From: Lophium mytilinum
Lineage: Eukaryota
Length of the DNA: 64,000 nt
Assembly (NCBI GenBank): GCA_010093605.1
Contig: MU004192.1
Coordinates: 318,882-382,881, forward strand
Direction: 5' to 3'
Position numbers and translations under genes: made by a program
Shown: piece by piece, positions 42,599 through 56,200 of the stretch
Numbering within the stretch: position 1 is the stretch's first letter
How the letters are laid out: the number at the start of each line of letters is the position of its first letter
Notes under the pieces: generated by a model
Seen by the model: the letters and a program-made list of their open reading frames with translations, nothing else
The model's database searches: none
What the model was told of the DNA's origin: nothing

Positions 42599-43074
42599 CA
42601 CTTAATCCACCCAGGGCTTGATTACTGCGCCACGCGCGCACATGGCGAGCACGGCTTCAGCCGCCAGAAACCTGGCGACCTCAGCAACGTCTTATCTCTC
42701 CGCGCGGAACAGCAAAACACCATGGCGCCCGAGGACAGCCATTGTTCTCCACCAGCTGCAACAGGTAATTACCAGGATCACTGACCAGAGCGTAACATTA
42801 ATCAAGATTTATGTTGTGAAGTCGCCGGGCAATTGGGCGTTTGTGCACGTACGTCACGGCGCAAGCTTGGCAACAAGTTGGCACCTGCAGGGCAGGACTA
42901 CGTAGGCGCAGGCGTACCACCTGAAATGCCTGTTTTCACTGCAGAAACTGTGCGCCGTCAGGGCATAAGACAGCGCTCGTGTGTGCAATCACCGCAGTGC
43001 CTGCATCAGCATTGCCTTCGCTTTTCTCACACAATCTATTCAATTTTCTCTCTTCGACCGCTCGGCCTGCAATC

Positions 43075-43903
43075 ATGTTTCGCTGGCTCCATTGGATAGG
43101 CGTGGCCTGCATCCTCATATCCGCCATTCTGCTCCTTATCACCACGATTTCATCGCCTGTAATTGGAGACATTGGCATTCTGAAAGTCATGCTCACGAAT
43201 CAAACACATATCCGCCACTCTTCCGTTACATTCGGCACCTTCGGCCACTGTGTCCTCGATGTGGCTCCAGTCACGTACGGATTCTACTCGCAGAGCCTCC
43301 TACTATGTAAATGACAGGTCTCACTGACATACTCTCTAGGACTGATCAAGACTTCTGCTATCCAAAGGCGATTGGATACAAGCCAGCTGCGATCATGTCG
43401 CAGATTGACGGCACCAGCTTCAGCCGCGCTGGCACCGATACTGCAGATGCTCTGACTAATGCATTCATCCTGCATCCTGTTGCATGTGGTCTGGCCTTCA
43501 TTGCCGGCTTTTGCGCTTTCGGAGGTCTCATTGGAAGCCTTGTCGGCACCATGATTGCGATTGTCGCATGGTTGATCACTGTGGTGGTCATGGCGATAGA
43601 TTTCGCAGTTTTCGCCGTAAGTCGAATCCGTCTGCTTGCCCTGTCTATTCTGATAAGGCATGTTGCTAACGCGAATCGTTGACCACGCAGATCATCAAAA
43701 AGCACGTTAACAGAGACGGCAGCGGGTCACACGCATACTACAGCGTAGGCATGTGGACCTGTCTCGCTGCTATGATCCTGTTGCTTATTGGCACCATTAT
43801 TGTCTTCTTTACATGCTGCACCGAGCGCAGGAGGAAGTCGAGGGGAGCAACGAAAGAGTACAGGGAGAGCAAGCATAGCCACAGGAGACGTAGCGTAATG
43901 TAA
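43075..43903 (+). CDS. SUR7/PalI (Rim9-like) family membrane protein; introns 43275-43339, 43617-43690
   Basis: N-terminal TM ending ITTISSPV, FGTFGHC motif, C...IGY, LTNAFILHPVACGLAFIA, and four TM helices. Confidence 0.88.
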
Positions 43904-44333
43904 TGAACTTGCTTGTTACGAGATGACAGCTCGTAGTCTAGTTGAGAGAAAAATATAAACTCAATAATCGAACATGAGTGGTGCTGATCTTGCTTCCGAG
44001 AATTGTGAATGGCTATAAAAGGAGAGAAGAGATCACAGACATATGAGTGAGCCGATGTAGTCTTTGGGATTATAATGCTGTGTATGACCCGTCGTATGGG
44101 GAGTGTCCATAAGAATGAGTCTGTACACTCGTTTATTTCTGCTCGAAATGCTGAACGAAAGGGTATTCAAGGAAACATTTCTAAGCATCTCTAAACCTAC
44201 TATGAAATAGTCTGAAGTGATCCCTTACCCAATGCAGTGTTATCTGAGACATTCACTTGTTCGCTATATCCCCGAGCACCCGGATAGGGCTGTCTCAACC
44301 CTTCAGAGGAATCGAAAGACTCGCCGAGCCACA

Positions 44334-45803
44334 TTATACGGCTCTGGGGACACCCCAATGAAAAGCCTTACGCAAGTACCGTGGCTCTCCTCGCATCCGA
44401 TTCGTCGGATACATCCCCTTCTCCCTCTCAATCGCATTCGGCCTATCACCGAGCAGGACAGCTTCCACATCCCGCGCATCGTTCTCCGTCAATTCCACCA
44501 GCTGGTCCACCTGTAGTGAGTACGAAAGCCGTGAGAACTCAACACCAGAAAGGCATATTCGACGTGATAGCGCAGTGCAAACCTCCGTCCAGGTGCCGCC
44601 CAACAGCGTGTCCTCGCACAGTCTAAGCTCCTTTAACGTAGGCTGAGCCATAACAAATGCCTCGAAGTGATCGGTGTTGAACGCCCATCTTCGCAGATCG
44701 AAGCGCGTAAGCCTCGGCCACACCTTGTCCGCGAACAGCGACGCAAAGGAGAACATCTCCACCGCCTTCGGATCGCACGACTCGCAGATGAGCGGCCGTT
44801 CGCGGCAGCGCAGTCCGCGGAACTGGTGTTGCCGGGGCCCTTCGAGCATGAGGTGGGTGAGGTGTTTCGCGTTTGCCAACAGCGCCGCGATTCTGGGAGG
44901 GTTGGGAGCGGTGAGGTGGGCTGTTTTGTGGAAGTGGGCGCCGATGGGGAAGCGGATATGTTGGAGGCGCTGGAAAACGGTGGATAGGGCGGCGTAGTCT
45001 GGATCGGAGAGGGTGAAGAAGTCTATTGGTAGTGAATATGGCTGGATGTAGGATGCGCGCTGGCCGCTGCTGTATGCGCAGGGGCCGGTGGTGCCGCTCA
45101 GTCGATGGAATTGGACGGGGGGGCGGGGGATCGAGATGGAGGTGATGGTTGCGGTGCTTTTGGAGACTAGGCGGATGAGGTCGAGAAGGTCGTTGTAAGG
45201 GGTGTACCACCAGTCGTCGCCATAGCCTTCGAAAGTGATGTCGTTGGGTAGCCGGGAGGGTGGCATTACGTATCGTCCTGCCCCAAACCTGTCTAGAACA
45301 TGTTGCATGCAATTTGATCCCTCCGGTATTGTGTAGAGGAAGTCTGCAAAGGTTATTTGGCGCAGCTGGGGTAGCGTGGAGAATGTTTGTTCTAGCAGCC
45401 TCTTGTCTTCACCAAGCCGAATACCTCTCTCCTCTAGATAGCGCTGCCGGTACTCTGTGCCGCCAGAAAAGACTTGCTGGTAGAATGGACTGTTGAGGGG
45501 TACTCTTATGGGCTCTAGAGAGACGTATTGCCGGAAATAATCATCAGCTGTACAGTCCATGTAGAAAGAAGCATCGAACACTAATTCGCGAACAGAGAGT
45601 CGGAAGATGGGGTGTTCTATGATTTGCTTGAACGTATCCAGTGTCTCGCGCCTTCGAGCAAATATGACGCGAGTGATGAGGAACCCGGAGCTCCAAGCTT
45701 TGAAGTCACGGCAGCTAAGACGTGCCTGTTTGATGTCGGGAGGAGAGAGAAAGCTGAAGATGTGCATCCAGAGCTCATTTGGGAGTGGCATTACTTCAGC
45801 CAT
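44334..45803 (-). CDS. F-box domain protein with LRR-like C-terminus
   Basis: LPNELWMHIFSFL...DIKQARLSCRDF F-box; WPRLTRFDL and TLKELRL repeats. The first ATG is at 45803; the ORF is open to 45875. Confidence 0.8.
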   Translation of the reverse strand: MAEVMPLPNELWMHIFSFLSPPDIKQARLSCRDFKAWSSGFLITRVIFARRRETLDTFKQIIEHPIFRLSVRELVFDASFYMDCTADDYFRQYVSLEPIRVPLNSPFYQQVFSGGTEYRQRYLEERGIRLGEDKRLLEQTFSTLPQLRQITFADFLYTIPEGSNCMQHVLDRFGAGRYVMPPSRLPNDITFEGYGDDWWYTPYNDLLDLIRLVSKSTATITSISIPRPPVQFHRLSGTTGPCAYSSGQRASYIQPYSLPIDFFTLSDPDYAALSTVFQRLQHIRFPIGAHFHKTAHLTAPNPPRIAALLANAKHLTHLMLEGPRQHQFRGLRCRERPLICESCDPKAVEMFSFASLFADKVWPRLTRFDLRRWAFNTDHFEAFVMAQPTLKELRLCEDTLLGGTWTEVCTALSRRICLSGVEFSRLSYSLQVDQLVELTENDARDVEAVLLGDRPNAIEREKGMYPTNRMRGEPRYLRKAFHWGVPRAV

Positions 45804-46248
45804 TCCATTCGCAGACACAATGGCACCAGACCCGCTCAAGGAATCATGTTCTTTAAGGTGGCTTGACGAGTCCACAGATTGCTGGAAACAAGAGCTCTAC
45901 CGCGGTCCGTCAGATGTGTATTTAGAGACTTTGAACGGTGATAGACAGGCTCATTTCCTTAGTATTATTTGCTTTTCGAATAAGCCAGGAAGTCGAAGAC
46001 GTAGCGATGACCACGGGGTTATTCAGTTATTAAGACTTCCTTGGTGATTAGCATGCTTGGGAGGGCAGCACAGCCTTGATGGTTGAGGGGTTGATGGGAT
46101 TTGTGCACGGATTTGTGCATGCTTATGATTGGCTAGCGTCACTCTTATGAAGCTCCAAGAGCTCCAAAACTTCAAGAATCCCCGCAACACCTCCGCTCCC
46201 TGCGATCGCAACACGAAATCGTCACGCACCCCGAACAACACCTATACG

Positions 46249-46955
46249 ATGAGCTCCTCAAAACAAGGTGCCTATGGCGCTGCAGGAGGTGCTCCGGGTG
46301 GCGACACCAGCTTCCGCAAGACCTGGGACAAGGACGAATATTCGGCGAAAGGCCGTGATCGCGACGCAAAGGACCGCGAAGAGGGCAAAGCGCGTTACGA
46401 GGCACATCTCGCCGGGAAGAAATATCATCGGCGAGCTTCCACTCCACCAGATGCACGAGATACAGAGGCGCGCGCTGGACGGCTTGATGTCGCGAGCATG
46501 GTGGGCAAGACGACCCTGGTGCCAGCGGGGAGCGCAGTGGGGAAGAGGGGGAAGGGTGCGGGCTTCTACTGCGAAGCCTGCGACCTGACGTTCAAGGGTG
46601 AGTGTGACTTTCTTGCCATACTGAAGAGCACTGCTGATAAGAATAAATAGATAACTTGCAATACGTCGAACATCTCAACAGCAAGCAGCATCTTGTCAAC
46701 ACTGGACAGACGGGCGAAGTCAAGCGCGCTTCGGTGGAGGAGGTGCACCAGCGACTACTATGGTTGAAGAGGAAGCGGGAGGAGGAGAGCACAGAGCAGG
46801 TCATTGATCTAGAAGCCAGATTGGAGGTCTCGAAGGAGAGGGAAGACAAAGAGCGGGAGGAGAAGCGGCGGAAACGGAATGAGAAGCGGAGGAAGACCAA
46901 AGATGGTATGGGACATGTCGAAATCAAGGTCGAGAACGATGGGGTTATTTGCTAA
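46249..46955 (+). CDS. SNU23: U4/U6.U5 tri-snRNP zinc finger protein Snu23/ZMAT2; intron 46598-46650
   Basis: FRKTWDKDEY, and GFYCEACDLTFKDNLQYVEHLNSKQH matrin-type finger after splicing. Confidence 0.92.
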
Positions 46956-47720
46956 AGATTTCTGGATTTCTCTATTGTCTGGGCACGTATTCGCATCAGT
47001 TGGCGTTTACAAGCAGAGCATAGCGTTGGCGCTTCGGCTTCCCTTGGGTATTCTTGAGTTCTGGCGTCTGAAGATAGACCATTAAACTGCAGACCATTCC
47101 TCTGTTCCGCCTCTTTCCTTCCGGTCTGGTCTCACCTTAGGGGTCACTATTGTCGACGGGTTCCATTAGTGAGATGACTTCAATCTATTAAGAACTCAAG
47201 GATATCTATTTACTATGACAGGAAAGGCCCCATCTCAGTTCGGTCAGTGATGCTTGTTCTAGTCTAACCAAGAAACAAGACCCACAGCAGTCAACTGGAT
47301 CGTGGAGGTTTCAAAGTTGGCAAAACTATGACCTAAGAAAAGAGGCAATTCGGTATACTTCACCTTCATCACCTTGCCTGCAAACCTCGCCGCCACCCAT
47401 ATCGACGTCCATATATTAGAACGCCTACTGGTCAAAATTAGAACGCTTACCGGCTAAAAGAAGCATCGAAACCCATTACTTTCACAGATGGTTCCGCTGG
47501 ATCTATGTCATTTCCTTCGTAGTTCGATTTGATACAGTCGGTTTCAAATGCAGACACTTTACACTAGAACACCGGCATAACTCACACCTTTATCCTCTCA
47601 ACCCCCAGAAACCGAAAACTCACTTCATGTACACATTCACTGCCAAGATTCTTCGGAGATAAACTCGGGCCGATCTTAGCGGCCGCGCTAGCGGCTAAGA
47701 GTGGAGCTGATCGAGCCAAA

Positions 47721-47728
47721 GTAAACAA
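47721..47728 (+). promoter_or_regulatory. Forkhead consensus site GTAAACAA ~180 bp upstream of TOP2
   Basis: Exact match to the fungal Fkh motif. A single 8-mer, so it could be chance. Confidence 0.3.
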
Positions 47729-47905
47729 CGGCGCCCTCCACGAACTCACGAACACAACACGCCCCTCGCGCCCACCACCGCGCATCCTCGCACCCTCTTT
47801 CTTTTAACTTCATGGTCTAGCTCTGCATCGTCGCTCGCTCTCGCTTTTTCGTCCTTCAGGACTTCTTCAATTCTTGAGAGTCGCTCTAGCGCTCTGCAAA
47901 CCATC

Positions 47906-50900
47906 ATGGACGACTCCTTACTGGAGGACTCCGTCTTCGACGACGGCGCGAGCTCTGACTTCGCACCGCCTCCGAAGCCTATGAAGGCCGTCAAAGCAAC
48001 CAAACCCAAAGCTGCGCCCAAGCCAAAGAAGCCTACCGCTGCAGCGAAACCTCGAGGCAGGCCAGCCAAAGCCACGACACAAACAACACTTAAAGTCACA
48101 AAGACCACTGCTCCTAAGAAGAAGCGAAAGGACGATTCCGATGGGGAGAATTCCGACATTGAGATGAACGATGTTATCTCGGATCATGACGACTCCTTGC
48201 TCGCCGACACTCCACCAAAGGCGAAGGCCCCGAAGAAGGCGCCAGCGCCCAAGAAGACTACGAAGCCCCTAGCCCCTGTGGAGAATGAAAGCTTTGGACT
48301 GGATGGCGTAGATGAGTCGCCTCCAAAGGCAAAGGGCAAGGGGTCCGCTGCAGACCGCTTCCAGATGGTGACACTACACCCCACAACTAAGTTGACTGCA
48401 TGCTAACATGGCTTCAGCTTTCCCACTTAGAGCATATTATCATACGCCCCGATACCTACATTGGTTCCGTGGAAAGCATAACTAAGCCCATGTGGGTCTA
48501 CAACTCCACAACTGAGATCATGGAGTTCCGCGACGTCAGCTACGTCCCAGGTCTCTACAAGATCTTCGATGAAATCCTAGTGAACGCTGCAGACAACAAG
48601 CAGAATGATAAAAACATGGACAAAATCAAGGTGGTCATCGATAAGGAGGCAGGAACTATCTCCGTAGAGAACAACGGCAAGGGTATTCCCATCGAAATCC
48701 ACAAGGTAATATCGACTTCCTCTTGACTACTTTGTGTCCCTCTAACGATTAATAGGAGCATGGAATGTATGTTCCAGAGATGATCTTCGGGCATCTTCTT
48801 ACTTCCTCGAACTACGACGACGACCAGCAGAAGGTTACGGGCGGTCGCAACGGTTACGGTGCAAAGCTTTGTAACGTCTTCAGTACCGAGTTCACTGTCG
48901 AGACTGTGGACTCCAGGCAAAAGAAAAAATATGTACAGACGTGGAACGACAACATGTCGAAAATGGGAAAAGCCAAGATCACCCCAATCAAGGACGATGA
49001 CTACACCAAAATCACGTACACCGCCGACTTCAAGCGATTTTCCATGACCGCCATGGATGACGACTTTGAAGCATTAGCAAAGCGAAGAGTGTATGACCTC
49101 GCGGGAACTATCAAAGGTGTCAAAGTCTGGCTGAACGGGAAACGTGTGCAGGTCAACAGCTTCAGGAAGTACATGGAGCTGTACACTAAGGCCATCGCCA
49201 AGGACCAAGGCAAAGATGCAAGTCAAAGCGATGAATCTGAATCACAGACAAGTGTGATCATCACGGACAACCCACACGAGCGCTGGGAGGTCGGTTTTGC
49301 AGTGTCTGATGGATCGTTTCAGCAAGTCTCGTTCGTCAACTCCATCTCTACAACATTGGGAGGCACACATGTCAACTACATCGCCGATCAAATTGTTGAC
49401 AAGCTTGTTGCGGTTGTCAAGAAGAGGAACAAGGGTGGTATCCCATTAAAACCCAATCAGATCAAAAATCACATCTTCTTGTTCGTCAACTGTTCGATCG
49501 TCAACCCTGCATTTACTTCTCAAACGAAGGAGCAGTTGACTACCAGACCCAACAAGTTCGGAAGCTCGCCCATCGTCAGCGACAAATTCCTCAAGGCCAT
49601 CGAGAAAACCGAGGTGGTTGTCAACATCCTCCACATGGCCGACAAGAAGGCCGATCTGCTTTTGAAGAAGTCGGATGGCAACCGGAGATCACGAATGAAC
49701 AACTCCAAGCTTACAGACGCCAATAAAGCCGGTACGAAAGATGGATGGAGATGCACTCTCATTCTTACTGAGGGTGATTCTGCTAGCTTGCTTGCATTGG
49801 CTGGCCGAGCCATCGTGGACCCTGACTTATTCGGAGTCTTCCCCCTTCGTGGAAAGCTACTCAATGTTCGCGACGCCTCTGTGGAGCAGGTGTCGAAGAA
49901 TCAAGAAATTCAGAACATCAAGAAGTTCATGGGCCTCCAGCATAAGAAAGAGTACACTGACACCAAGAATCTTCGGTATGGTCATCTCATGATTATGACG
50001 GATCAAGATCACGACGGGAGTCATATCAAAGGCCTCCTTATCAATTTCCTCCAGGTGCAGTTTCCAAGCTTATTGAAACTTGACGGATTCTTGATGGAAT
50101 TCATTACACCCATCGTCAAGGTTTGGAAAGGTGACCCAAAACACCCGAAGCAACTGAAATCGTTCTTTTCAATGCCGGAATACGAGGAATGGAAAGAGGA
50201 ACCGGGGCATCAGAAAGGCTGGGATCACAAGTACTTCAAGGGATTGGGAACCAGCAGCACTGCAGACGCCCAAGTCTACTTCCGTGATCTCGATACGCAT
50301 CTGAAGGAGTTCCACCGAATGAAGGAACACGAAGAGGGACTCATTGAGCTGGCGTTTTCCAAAAAGAAGGCCGATGCCCGTAAAGAGTGGCTCCGCGAGT
50401 TCGTACCTGGAAACCATCTGGACCTCACCGGCAACAAGATATCATATGATGATTTCGTCAACAAAGAACTCATTCTCTTCAGCATGGCTGACAATCTTCG
50501 CTCTATTCCTTCAGTGGTGGACGGCTTCAAGCCAGGACAGCGGAAGGTTCTATATACTTGCTTACGACGTAATCTGAGGAAAGACGTCAAGGTAGTTGAC
50601 CTCGCGGGTTCCGTGTCCGGAACTACGGATTACGCCTATGGTGAGGCCTCTATGCAAGGCACCATCGTCGGTCTTGCCCAGAATTTCGTCGGATCCAATA
50701 ACATCAACTGCCTGGAACCCAGTGGAAATTTCGGTAGTCGTCTGCAAGGTGGTAACGATGCAGCCAGCGCCCGTTACATCTACACGAGACTTTCGCCTTT
50801 CGCGCGGAAAATCTTCCATCAGCACGATGATGCTTTGCTCAATTACGGGGAGAGTGATGGGCACAAAATCGAACCTGAGATCTATGTTCCAATCCTCCCA

Positions 50901-53204
50901 ATGATCCTCGTCAATGGTTCGGATGGTATTGGCACTGGTTGGAGTTCTAGCATTCCCAACTACAACCCAGTCGACATTGTCGAGAACTTGAGAATCCGAA
51001 TGGCTGGAAGCAAGGAAGACATGAAACCTATGATTCCTTGGTTCCGCAATTTTACTGGAGAGGTTACTGACATTGGCGGGGACCGCGTAAAGTTCTCTGG
51101 AACGATTCGAAGTCTTGATGACAATACGCTTGAGATCACTGAACTACCTATTCGGGTCTGGACACAGGCTTTCAAGGACAAACTGGAAGACATCATGAAG
51201 GCCGAGAAGGTACCCTCATTCATCAAGGACTACACTGAGTACAACACTCCGGAGAAGGTACACTTCATTATCAAGATGGAGGACAAGCATATGAAGAACG
51301 CGCTGGAGAAGGGGCTCGAAGAGACTTTCAAACTGTCTTCGACCGTGGCCACCACGAACTTGGTCGCTTTCGATGCCCAGGGTCGTATTCACAAGTACGC
51401 CACAGTCCTTGACATCATGGAAGAGTTTTATGGCATCCGCTTGAGATATTACGAAAAGCGGAAGGCATACCTTCTGAGCGAGATGCATCGCGAGCTTGAG
51501 AGATTAAGCAACCAGTCACGTTTCATTCAAATGATCATTGATGGAAAACTCGTAGTTTCCAAAAAGAAGAAGACTGTCCTTGTTACCGAGCTTAGGAAGC
51601 TCAACTTCAAGCCGTTCCCAAAGGTCGTCGATGCCAAGAACGCCGGCGAGATGGAGCAAGTTGTAGAAGAGGAGGAGAGCGAAGAAGACGCAGCAGTTGG
51701 TGCCAGTGACTACGACTACCTGCTCGGTGTAAGTATTCCAGTCTCATCCTTCCTCCGCATACTTACTCACCTGAAATAGATGGCTATTTGGTCTTTGACG
51801 CAAGAACGTGTCGAAAAGCTCCTCAAACAGATTGGCGACAAGGAAGTCGAAATAGATGATCTTATCAAGCTCAGTCCCAAGGATCTCTGGAACCGAGATC
51901 TGGACCTTTTTGTCGAGGAATGGCACGCACAGCTGTCAGACGAGGCAAAAGCTGCAAAGAAAATCGCTAATATGGGACGCCGTGCTTCGGCTAAGCTGCG
52001 CATTGGCGCAGGTGGTAAAGGTAAGAAGCGCAAGGTGGACGATAGCGATGACTTCAGTGACGACGATTTCGGACCGAAGAACAAGAAGAAGGCTGCCGCA
52101 CCAAAGAAAGGGGGTTTGCTAGGTTATCTGGCGAAGGACCCTCCTAAACAGGCCACGCAAGCCTTGAAGAACGGAGCTGTGTTCAAGAAACCAACGATGG
52201 ATGCGATATCGGTGGATGGTGCTGCGGATGACATTGTGGAGGTAGTCAAGCCCTCAATTGCCCCAAAGAAGCCCCGCGCTGCCACGACGAAGCCTGCGAA
52301 GCCTGTGAAGGCTAAACAGGAGAGCGACCTAGACGATGACGACGACGTGTTTGCTGCCGTAGCGAAAGAGGCGAAGGAAAAGCCAGCTCCCGCCCGTCAA
52401 GCTCGTGCCGCAACCAAGAAAGTGCCGAAGTATACACTTCCTGATGATAGCGACGACGACGATGTGGACGATCTTCTCGGCGATGTTAGTATGATGGTCA
52501 AGGGAATCGGAGCCAACGACTCAGCAAACGGTCGCCCGCTGTTCTCTGCCACAACAGCAGGCCGACCCGGAAGCGGAAATCGACCGGGAAGTGCTGCTAG
52601 CTTCAATGGCCATGGTTCTAAGATCTCTTCCCGCGCACCAGCGAAATCTGCCCTAGACATCTCGGACGACGAAACGGACTACACCAAGCTGATGCCGCAG
52701 GCTTCTCCTCAGCGGCCAGCGCCTCGCAACGCCAACGACACCATGCTCGGGTCTGACAACGACGACGACTTCGGATTCAGCCTTCCGAAAGCCGCTCCAA
52801 AGGTCACTGCCAAGGCTGCACCCAAAGCAGCAGCTAAGCCTGCCGCGAAGCCCAAGCCCGTCGCAGCTGTAGTTGCTGCAAAGGCGATCGCGCTGTCTCC
52901 CGCTGCTAAGGCCTACGCTGCAAAGCGTGCCAAACTCGGCGGGTCTTCGAAGCCGGCGCTGAAAAACGCCGCGGCCGACTCTGACACCGAGATGGGGGAT
53001 GCAGAAGACGTTGACGCTCTCGCCAATGATATTCTCAGCGATGATGAAGACGATGAGAGTATCGTCAAACCGGCGCGAGCCACATCCGCCCGTCCCGGCC
53101 GTCGTGCCGCGGCGGTGAAGCCGAGGTACAAGGTGGCCATTAGTGATGATGAGAGCGAAGATGAGGCTAGTGAGCCGAGCTTCGAAGATGATGATAGCGA
53201 GTAA
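47906..53204 (+). CDS. TOP2: DNA topoisomerase II; introns 48368-48417, 48706-48755, 51729-51779
   Basis: EHIIIRPDTYIGS, KIFDEILVNAADN, GGRNGYGAK, LILTEGDSA, PLRGKLLNV, MTDQDHDGSHI, DGFKPGQRK and the active-site ASARYI. Confidence 0.97.
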
Positions 53205-56200
53205 AGGAGGTGGGAGGAAGGTACTGGAGGTGCGGCTACTTTCACGCTATGACAGAGCCATGCTGAGGGTGATCGGATGATCGTGGACTTTCTTTTTCAA
53301 TTCATTGAGTGAATCTCTTCAGGATTGAACGGCGCTGGGTAGGCTCAGGCGAGCAGGCTCTGGGGCTGCTAGTTAATGATTATGCACTTTCTCACGGGCG
53401 TTCTGGAGGCTGTATATTACAATACTCAGATCTTATCCACCTTTCCTTTCAATCGAGCAACACTACGGTAATGACGGCACACTGATCTCGCGGTGGTGAA
53501 TAAAATAGGTCTCGGTCTGGTATTATTCAGCTAATTGTTATGCTTCTATACAAGTCCCAAGTGCGCCCATCTTGCAGCAGGTAAACCCTCTGCCTCCTTT
53601 TTTTTATGACGATAAGCGGTTTACTGATACTATCATGCCATGGCCGACTCGCCCCCTGAGGCCAGTGAACCTCCGACCTCCGACCCTCCCGTGTCGTACA
53701 ACCGCCTACCCGCGCCGCCCAATTAGTATCCCCGGGCTGAAGGTGAGTTGAAGATTTGTCAACCGACCCGGGGCTATCCTGTAGTACCGTGGGGTTATGA
53801 GTTTTTGACAGTTGACAGGCTACGCAAAGGAGTGGAGTGAGTCGGCGGAAGAAGGCCAGAGAGCCCCGTGAGGAGTCAGTGAAGTTAGGAGGTGACGGAG
53901 TATTGCATGGTAGCGGAGAGCTGCATGTCGGAGGTTTCGGGGCCGTTTTTGGAGAATGCCTGGGGCGGAACAGAGCAGGAGGTTTGGTGTCGTGGGTGTG
54001 CTGGTTGATTGCGGGAACGTTGCTTGCTTGCTATAGGGATCGAGTCTTACGATTCGAGGGCGGAGAAAGTGGAGAGGTGGTGGGGTTTGGGGGGCGTATG
54101 GGGTGAGGTATAGGCAGGGGAAGAGGGCTATTCTAACGCTGCGGCATGTATGACTGACTGACAGTGACAGGAGGCTGGGGGGGCGGAGGATCGCTGCCTA
54201 GGTGGTGTGCGTGGTCGACATCGTGCTGTGTCTGGATCGGCCGTTGTGTACTGTTGGCGACGACCGCAGGAACAGAGGCACTCTCCCGAGGATGCCAACA
54301 CTTCAACGCCGGCCGAGGGACGCCACGATCAGACTTCTATTCTAGTTTTACCAGGTCTCCGCCATCGTACCTGCGTACTACCTCGCCAAACAAGAGCGTC
54401 CCCGCATGGTGTCGCGAGTCCAGGACACCGCGGCATCTGCAGCCACCCGCCCGCCGCCTCAGGGCCTACTCACAAGCGCGGCACCGGCATTTCTGAGCCG
54501 TAGCACCGTGGCGTCCGACTAATGCTGCTGCTTGGGAAGGCCAGTGTGCGCCGCCCGAGATTTTGACAGGTGTGTCGTACCGAGAGCCCGGCAGCTCGAG
54601 GATGCATGCGGTACGTCAGGACACAAGGGGAAGCAGGTCGCGGGGAAAGGAGCTGCCACTCCTGCGACAGCGCCGGCTGAGTGAGAGGAAAGAGAAGGCG
54701 GCTGTGATACCAGTGTGCTCCTTGTGCGTCTACTGGGGCGGGCCAGGAGAAGCGATGAGGTTGGTTGGGTCTCGCGGCATTCTTGCGAGTGGAGAAACGG
54801 GAACGGCATCAGGAGGTTCTCAGAACTGCTAGCTATGCTGTGAAGAGTGGGATACCTATAGGGGGGGTGGAACCGCAAAGGTGGAGGGTGAAGGAGCGTC
54901 GCACGGCGCGCCGCTAGCCATCGTGGACATACACGCTGCGCGTGCTACTGCGGCGTCGAGCTATTGAGCTGCGCGTAACCATGGCTTGCGCGGAGTAGCA
55001 TCGTCTCCGGCCGCTCGTTGTGAGTAGCGCACAAGGGTGCGCAATTCAGACGTCGTTCGCGTTTTTTGGGTGGACAATGAGTGGGACCGGTTGGAAAGCT
55101 GCCGCGGCGGGTAGGCATTGTCATGTCATGTTTAGAGATGCTGTGGGAGCTGAGCGAACTGTAGTTCAGCTTAATTTCCAGATCTTGACAGTGTCGTCGT
55201 ACGGAACAGCTACGGTTCTGGGACGTGGACGAGAACCTCGGGGATGGCGTGAGTTCGTGAAGGTGAGTGGAAGGGGATAAGGGTATGTCCGCGCCTGGTA
55301 CCTGATGGTAGAAATGGTTCTTACCCTCGTCACAAACAGTGAACCACGAACCCATCAAAGCTATCACACTTAATCAACCTGACACATTGAGGGTACCAAC
55401 CAGCACACCGCGAAGGACGAAAGAGATTTGATCGCTCGATAAGGCCAGGCTGACGCGCAAAAGAAGCATGATATCGGGACCAGTTGTACGGAGGCGGCCA
55501 ACAGAATTTCACCGAACCGTAGCACGAAGCCCTGGATTCATTCGCCCGAGTCTGCTTGGGACCAGTCTTTTGGCTCGTTCACGCGGAAGCAGATTAAGCA
55601 GATTTACTAATGGCCTTCAAAGGGAATGATGAGGAGATTCGAGGCTAGGCGTCGTCTGTTGCTGCCGATGCTGAAGCGCCTGTTTCTCACGGTGAGCGTC
55701 TGCTCTGTCCATTGATGCAAAGGATTGGGCATACAACGCGTTACGAAATATGTCTTGGAGTCCAGCGTGATAGAACGCTCTGTCGCTCCCGAGGTCAATG
55801 AGACGACTAGAGTCAAACGGCCGACGGGAGGTTCCAGCCAACGTACCCAACGGTCTGATCGAATTCGGCACGGGAGCTCGCAGGCTCAGGCAAAGGCGCC
55901 CGTTGAGCTTCTAGAAAGCCTTTGGAAGCGGGTCTACTGAGGTATCGGTCACGGGCTGCTACATCTACTGCAGAAGAAGGCTCCTACTCTAGCGGTCAGA
56001 GTGAGACACAAATCACCGCCTTCTCGATACCAAAAATACAAGCGGCGGTGAAGATGGCACGCGCTCCTCCTGAAACTGCTTCTTTGTTCTCAAAGCATGG
56101 TGAGGCACGGTCCAGTACGAGCAGCATAGCAGTGTATGGGCATCACACCGACAATCAAGTGGCAATCAGCTCTCACCATTGGCCAGCCCAGTCTTTTTCC